64,000 nt of DNA from Haliotis cracherodii (lineage: Eukaryota). The stretch lies in contig NW_027266275.1 of assembly GCF_022045235.1 (NCBI RefSeq), positions 36,084,001-36,148,000 on the forward strand, in the 5' to 3' direction. The position numbers and the translations under genes are program-made. The notes beneath the pieces were generated by a model that was not told the DNA's origin, ran no database searches, and was given only the letters and a program-made list of their open reading frames with translations. Shown here piece after piece: positions 56,500 through 64,000 of the stretch. The number at the start of each line of letters is the position of its first letter. Within the stretch, counting starts at the first letter, position 1.

Positions 56500-58745
56500 C
56501 TGTCCTTTTGCCAACTTTTATGTGTATATGCAGAGTTGAGCGTACGGAGTTTTCTTATGGTTTCAAGGAGTCAACATTTTGTGTAAAAATTAAATCAAAC
56601 ACATGTGGCTTCACGCGAAAATAATTTTGGGTGAAGTAACTCTCTTTTCATGAAACTTTTATTGGAGTGAGTGAGTGAGTTATTATTTAACGTCACATGG
56701 GCAGTATTTCAGTTCTTTTATTGGAAGACAACCTGTTTTGTGTTGAAAGTCGTTAACAGACAATTTACATACTTTATTTACACACCTAAGATGCTTTTCA
56801 TGTGAACGCATAGTAAATTTACATATACGCAGGTATGTATAGGTACACATGTGTAAAATTACTTACGTTAGTAAATGTTATTCATGTAAACGGGCTCATG
56901 GTGTAAATATACATACGTAAGTAAACGCGTTCACATGACAAGTATGCACACGTATGTATATTTACACACATATGCAAATATACACATATATGTATAGAAA
57001 TGCATGTGAACGGGGTATAAGGCATCATGCAAGAGTCTCATCACACGGAATAGCCACGGCCGAGGCTGTTCTTGGTTGAGTATTGATTTAAACAATAACA
57101 TAGGAGTCTGTTGATGGGCTTTCATAGGAGAGGAAGGGTAGCCTTGTGGTTAAAGCGTTCGCTCGCCACGCCCAAGAACTGGGTTCGATTCCCCACATGG
57201 GTACAATGCGTGAGGTCCCTTTCTGGTGTCTGCCGCCGTGATATTGCTGGAGTATTTCTAAAAAAAGTGGCGTAAAACCATACTCACTCACCAGAAAAAT
57301 GACAATCATCTTTAAACGTTGTGAGACTGGTGGTCATAACACTGTCATTTCTTACCTCAGTCGTCACTGAACCAATTTAATTTACACAGAATTACCAAGC
57401 AACAGATGACTCTATAAAAACTGTTGCAGGAATGTGTAATGATTAAATAGACATTAAATTCGTAATGTCGTAAAAAGGCGACTAACGGGATCGAGTGGTC
57501 AGGTTCGCTGACTTGGTTGATGCAAGCCATCGATCCCAATTGCGTGCTGACCCGTGAAGATTCCGGGGTAGAATAGGTCTTCAGCAACCAATGCTTGCCG
57601 TAAAAGGTGACTATGCTTGTCGTAAAAGGCGATTAATGGTCAGGCTCGCAGACTTGGTTGATGCATTTCATCGATCCCAATTGCGTGGATCGATGCTCAT
57701 GATATCAATCACTGGATTGCCTGGTCCAGACTCGATTATTTACAGACCGCCGTCATATAGCTGGAATATTGCTGAGTGCGGCGTTAAACAACAAACCAAC
57801 AAACAAACAGTTGTCAATTGAAAAAAAAAACTATCTCGGTATACTTTCTTTTGCCCCTCGGTTTATTTAACAAAAACAAAATCAAACCCTGTCCCTGGTC
57901 TATAGCGATTATCTTTTTACATATACCTCGCATTGTAGGAAAATAAATAATGTTCCTTTTTCTTGGAGAAAGATGTCCAAAGAATATTATTTATGTTATT
58001 TATTTCTTAACACCTGTTAGTGTTGAAAAAATAATTGCTTCCATCGTGCTCAACTACACTGTCGTTCAGACAGTTGTCTACAGGTAACCATGGTTATCGT
58101 CCAAACTGATGATTGTCCATTCACATTCATTTTACAATTGTCTTTGTGTGAACAATAATAGGTTAAATGAAGACTGACATGTGACACGATCTTGCATGCC
58201 CCTTACCATGTTTGAATTGATGATGTATTTTGCGAATTTATTGTTTTAGTTTCCTACTGACTAAGCAAAAGTAGAATTCATTTTTGGATATAATATCGCT
58301 AACTTAAGATATTTTCAGTTGAAAATCAATATACATTTATGATAAATCAACTGAGAAGTATAGTTTCCTTTGCTCCTCGGTTTAGACATATTAAATAAAG
58401 ATAAACGTCAGACGTAATTGTGAGTGTTTGTTAGTTGTTTAACGCCGCACTCAGCAATATTCCAGCTATATGACGGCGGTCTGTAAATAATCGAGTCTGG
58501 ACCAGAAAATCCACGGATTGACGTCATGAGCATCGACCACGCAATTGGGATACGATTTCATGCATCAACCAAGTCAGCGAGGCTGACCACAAGCATAGTC
58601 GCCTTTTAAGGCTAGCAAGGGTTGCTGATCTCGTAATTGTGATTGTGATTCGGTGATTGTCCACAGTGAGGAAGGGGAAGAGGAAGATGAAACTTAATTT
58701 ATATATTAATTTTGATTTAGGTTACAACAAGGTATCATCACTATC

Positions 58746-59615
58746 TAATAGTGATTCTACCATGAATTTGGAATTTACTCGATTCCGATTGGTCAATAAG
58801 AGGCTATTAAATCACAATAAACCCCCTCTGATTGAAACAGCTGGTTTGACGACCGCATCATCGCGGAAGCTGATATTCACAGAATAGTACTTTTTTCAGT
58901 CATTGTCGGTAGGCATATTTAAATAATTATATCTACAATTACAGGTTACAAAATGCTAAGGTGCAGTTACTACAATATTCAAAGGACGCGTAGCAATGCA
59001 TTTCGTGCAGAAAACACAATAGAAATCTACAAAGGGAATGTATTTACGTTTTGGAGACATCAGAGAGCTTGGAATTTGGGCACTTTTCTATATACGACAG
59101 TGACGTCATAGCTTTTGCGTCACAATGACCGATATGACGTCATAATGGTGACGCGCGATGTAGAGCGAAAGCCTTGCAAAGTTTGCTTTGTTTTCTTTAC
59201 GGATGCCCACCTTATGTTAGCTTACCAAGTTGCCGTGCTTATGTGCTTTCAATGACTGTCATATGTTCGTGAAGTATTACGGTGCAAACAAACTGCTTGA
59301 GTATACACAGCACCATATTTTGTTCGGTGATTCCGGAATTCAGATCGATAACCCACTCAAAACGCTGAACTCAACCCATGCCACTTCACACAGTATATTT
59401 GCTAACAAAAAAGAGTTCGCATTTTATTTACTCATGGTAGAATGGAAATAAACATACTGTGTTTTCAATGTTGAGCAAGGTAACCTGTAGATTTAACCGC
59501 GCTAAATTTAACATTTGAAACCTCACGCTACGCGTTCGGTTCCAATTCAATTTAGCGCGGTTAACCTACATTTAACGTAGCTCTACATTGAAAACACAGT
59601 ATGTTTATCTCCTAA
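58746..59615. mobile_element. Non-autonomous element with subterminal inverted repeat and long terminal hairpin (Crypton- or Helentron-like)
   Basis: attctaccatga (58754) / tcatggtagaat (59432). Hairpin arms 59448-59471 / 59585-59608 (24 bp perfect) and 59493-59508 / 59549-59564. Confidence 0.6.
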
Positions 59616-60489
59616 TTCATAAATACATGATCACAATATAGTCCGAATGGTTCAATCGACTCAATGGACCCGTGAAGATCCGGGATAGAATAGGTCTTCA
59701 GAAACCCCTCCTTGCCGTAAAAGGCGACAATGCGTATCCTAATTGCGTAGATCGATGCTCATAATGTCGATCACTAGACTGTCTGGTCCAAATTTGATAT
59801 TTTACAGACCGCCGTCATAAAGCTGGGCTATTGCTGAGTGTGGCGTTAAACAAGAAACAAACAAACAAACAATCGACTCAAAGCCTTTAGTAATTTCTAA
59901 TGGTAATGGAAAGGGTTTTGTCGCTTTTTTAACAAACCTGTGAACGTATCCGCTCATGGAGAGGTTAATTAAACACGTTTGTTACATGTATTTCATTACT
60001 CGGGGTAATAATCGCTATATTCCTGATGATCGTGGTGGAGAATATTTGATATGCATGTGGTTTAAGTTCAGCATGTCACAAATTATATGAAACTGGGTCT
60101 AATTAAATATACTACTCAATGTATGCTAAGGATAACATTTTAATGATATCCAAAGTCATCCAACAAATTGAAATGTCCCGGTACACAATTATTGGGTAAC
60201 CCCTATAGGACCCCAGTTTTATGAATGAACCGATCTCCATGTCCTACAGCGGGCTACGCTGACAGGTGTGTGCTACATGGATGAATTCTGGCTATGTACG
60301 TGAGACCGTATGCTGGTGCAGTCAGACTGAACTTCATCATCATGGGCGATAACGCATGATAACGGCATGTGACGCGCGATAACGAGTAGGCACTGATATT
60401 ATTGTAACAAATAAACTTACTTAGAGCAGGAGATCATTATCGGTATTGGCTACTCAGGACACCCTCTCAGGACACCCTCTCAGGACACC

Positions 60490-60818
60490 CGGTCCTTCCA
60501 GCAACTCTAGGGGCGGTCGGGTAGCCTTGCGGTTAAAGCGTTCGCTCATCATGCAGAAGACCCGGGTTCGATTCCCGACATGGGTACAATGTGTGAAGCC
60601 CATTTCTGGTGTCCCCCGCCGTGATATTGCTGGAATATTGCTAAAGGCGGCGTAAAACCTAACTCACTCACTCACTCAAGCAACTCTACAGGAACTCAGC
60701 AATCTTCTCACTGAGGAGTGGGACAATCTTCCCTTGGCAACCATTCAGTCACTTATTAGCAGCATGAGATTACGGTGCCAGGCTGTGATCGCATCACGTG
60801 GATCGCATACACGCTAAT
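60490..60818 (+). pseudogene. Tc1 transposase C-terminal fragment interrupted by a SINE
   Basis: LQELSNLLTEEWDNLPLATIQSLISSMRLRCQAVIASRGSHTR*. Confidence 0.75.
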
Positions 60819-63315
60819 CAGCGTAATGTAAATGACCTTGGTCTATTGTGTATATTTGTACAGGTCTTTTAAGCACCCCTATATTTACGGTGCTTAAGGA
60901 TCAACACATGACCACGTCATAAAGAGTTTTGGCTGCAGACGAATGATAGTCACCAGGCGATTCAGGCAGACTGGGCGGAAGAGAGAGTGACAGACCTCCT
61001 GTCACCGTCACCCAGGAAACTTAACATGCGTATCCTCCATCTGAGGAATGATATTACTGTGACGTCATTATCTGAGACAGTTATCCTGTCAGTCGCTGGT
61101 TATAGGTCCTGGGTACAATAACAGTGAGTGAGTGTGTGAGTATGGTTTTACGCCGCTTTTAATAGCAATATTTCTGCTATATCACGGCGGGGGACACCAG
61201 AAATGGGCTTCACACATTGTACCCATGTCGGGAATCGAACCCGGGTCTTCAACGTGATGTGCAAACGCTTTAACCACTAGGCTACCCGACCGCCCCGGGT
61301 ACAATAACAGGTTATAGGTCCTGGCTACAGTAACAGGGCGTGCAGACGACTAAGAGACGTATCTCCGACACTGTCAAGCATGTCCTGCTTGACTGCATTG
61401 ATTTTCCCATTTATGGGATAATCTCAAAGTGTCATCGCTCAAGGATCTCTTTTATCAAGTAAGTTCTCATTTAATTATTGTTTTTTAAAAAGAAATAGAA
61501 GTCCCCATGGACCCTAGCATGGTGATCTACCTTCAGCTGCTGGCGATCTATAGCCCGTGTTAATTGTACCGTTATTTATAGTGATACCTTTTAATAGTTG
61601 TATGCTAGTTTTAAATATTAATCTGTGATATTCCACTAATTTTAGTGTCCATCAATGACAGATTTTAATTTAGTTAAAATGAATGCATTAAAAATGTATA
61701 ATTGCTCGTCACGATATGGTTGAAATATTGCCGATGTGACGTAAAGCATTAACTCACTCACTCACTCACATATACGCACGTATGTATAGGTACACATGTG
61801 TAAAATAACTTACGTTAGTAAATGTTATTCATGTAAACGGGCTCCTGGTGTAAATATACATACGTAAGTAAACGCGTTCACATGACAAGTATACACACGT
61901 ATGTATATTTCATTCATTCTCAGCTAAATGGTAAATTACACACTTGTGCTGTCCCCTGCGGAAAAAACCTGGTTAATATCTTAGCTGAAAATATATTTTC
62001 TGTTACAAATCATATAATGCAAGCTGAACGGCTAAATGAATACACATGTTGATGTACTTCGTTCAGTTTGTATCTTCACCAGTCTATAGTGTTGCTTATA
62101 AAGTCGTCCCCAGCCTTGTCCCCGTGCTCAGTGTGTGACTTTTCCACTGAATAATTAAATATTCTGCACATTTATACTGCACTTTACTCTTTTTTTTCAT
62201 GCGTAATGATCATATATCATCATTACCAGCAGTTTTCAAGCAATGGTTCTGATAAAATATCTTTGGCTAGTAATATTCTACTGTCCCCGATTTTACCATC
62301 AGATACGTTGGTCACTTTTGTGTGAAGAAGTCACACACCAACTAAACAAACATTATAACACAATGTGTCAGATATGATTTGTTCAAGCATAGTCTTAACA
62401 CTTTTTATCATCAATTTCTTAAACAACTTAAAGAAAAAACATGAATCACAAAATCACAAAATTATACCAGCTGGGTACGATACTTTTATTTATTGCCGCA
62501 CACGCCTGATAAACTACAATATATGATGTTGTGTTTGTTACTTTCATAAAACAACGTGTCACCTATGAGAAATGTCCATCCCAAACCTTGACATGAGTAT
62601 ACTTTCGAAATTTCTGACCAATTCGCAAAGTTGTCATCAGATACAATTTTGTCAGATACGTTAGATAACACCAGCAACATCGGAAGATGATCATCGAACT
62701 TCAGTAATCTCGATAAGTTGAATCTTATCAATGCACATGCGTGCCGTGCGACCTCTCTACTTCCGATTTTCAGCCAAGAACGTCCTGCAACCTGGTTTCG
62801 GTTCTCAACAATCCATCACAAACTGGTAAGTAATCTTTGCCATCTTAGTAAATGGGTCATCTGAATTGAAAGCCACCCCATAGGTGATAATTATTTGATA
62901 AAATAGATTCTGTTCATTAGGATGGAAAAAATGAATCCCTTACTGTATATTAGCAATTCCCAAAGAGCATGTTTTCCAACCTAACGTATCTGATGCCAAC
63001 CTAACGTAGTTTACGAATGTAATTTAATGATTAGATATGTTTCTGAAGTGAAGACCACAACTTTTCTACTGATGTTTTCTGTCGGTATGCATTTCATTGA
63101 TAGGAAAAGTACTATATTTTACTCAAGCTCCTGTCTAAACACCTAAATACCAACTAACGTATGTGATGATTTTTATAACGTATCTGATGAAATTAGCATA
63201 TTTCACAAAGAATAAAGTATGAACATTTTTAAAGGGTGGCTATTTCATAGTGCAAACATCTCTTTCACTTCGACGACTGTTTCAGCATGTTTTTGTCTAT
63301 GCTTGATTTTAGAAA

Positions 63316-64000
63316 ATGGCGAAAACAGACGCAGAAAACCAAAAGGTGTATCGGGAAAGAAAGAAACGAAATGACAGTCAATATCTAGCCAAAGAACGTG
63401 CTCGAGTCAAAGGGTACAGAATACCAATTGATCAAATGCAAACAAAGAAAAAAAAGGCAGTTCGTGAAAGGAATAAACTCTATAGTAAAGCATACCGGGA
63501 TCGAAAGAAAACACAGAAACAAGCACAAGGTGCCAGCGTAGTTGAGGTCACAGATGTGGTCGTTGATGCAGAAACTGACCAGGTCGGCACAGTATCAAGC
63601 AGTACTGATGCATCTCGGCAGTCAAGGTCACGCCCAGGTTCTTTCTTGGTCAAAATGACTTTTCCAAATAAACAGAGAAAACCAAAACGCTCGTGTGCAC
63701 TGAAAAGAGCAAATACAAAAGTAAAAGAGTTGACTGAACAACTTTCTAGCTACAAAAAGAAGCAACAGAAATGGAAGAAACGATATCAGAGGATGAAGGC
63801 GAAGTATGGGACATCCAAACAGACTAACCGCAACAATACTGAAAATAGCTCGGATCGGACGACAGACAGTCTTCAACAACAGTCTGAAGCAACACCTTCA
63901 ACAAAAACCAGAAATGATCTCCGGGAAAACGGTGTGAGTCCCAGTCAGTTGCCAGCCACTGTTGTGAGACAATTAACAATGGCTAATGTACTTTTTGGAG
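63316..64000 (+). CDS. Open ORF running off the window (at least 228 codons), resembling the N-terminus of a DNA transposon protein, possibly Sola2-like
   Basis: MAKTDAENQKVYRERKK...ERARVK...ALKRAN.KV..L...WKKRYQRMK...TPSTKT...VVRQL.MANVL. No stop. Acceptor ttttag just before ATG and donor g|gtaagt near 62826. Catalytic domain not in window. Confidence 0.55.
   Translation, partial: MAKTDAENQKVYRERKKRNDSQYLAKERARVKGYRIPIDQMQTKKKKAVRERNKLYSKAYRDRKKTQKQAQGASVVEVTDVVVDAETDQVGTVSSSTDASRQSRSRPGSFLVKMTFPNKQRKPKRSCALKRANTKVKELTEQLSSYKKKQQKWKKRYQRMKAKYGTSKQTNRNNTENSSDRTTDSLQQQSEATPSTKTRNDLRENGVSPSQLPATVVRQLTMANVLFG

Noticed and set aside
60510-60585. tRNA genes at the heads of the (ACTC)n elements
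   Set aside because: The A and B boxes belong to multi-copy SINEs with tails and TSDs.

Overview
Eukaryotic (metazoan) genomic DNA, repeat-rich. The (ACTC)n-tailed tRNA SINEs and Nin-domain SINEs resemble abalone (Haliotis) SINEs, so a gastropod mollusc is likely (inference). Left end: a complete 7-exon RACK1 gene (+, 3798-9219, 319 aa) sits head-to-head with the first coding exon of the PP2A catalytic subunit (-, 3191-3298, not in the ORF track). The two appear to share a very compact promoter. RACK1 intron 5 holds a candidate box H/ACA snoRNA whose 5' pocket fits 5.8S rRNA GUGAA-U-UGCAGG. About 12.4-27 kb is a four-level nest: a Penelope-like element contains a Tc1 element, which contains an 8.66-kb Academ-like element (4-bp TSD), which contains a SINE. 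The Academ-like protein has an XPG-like nuclease and an apparent DIP2/FAAL-like AMP-binding C-terminal domain. About 26-53 kb is a three-unit tandem segmental duplication joined at a 6-bp microhomology. It carries two intact intronless Ras-like GTPase genes lacking CAAX, one truncated copy, four Ras-like fragments, three minimal hammerhead-ribozyme motifs and two Harbinger transposons whose transposase and MADF-BESS genes interleave on opposite strands. Right end: SINEs, MITEs, a foldback element and the start of an open transposase-like ORF. All calls were made by eye, with no database searches.
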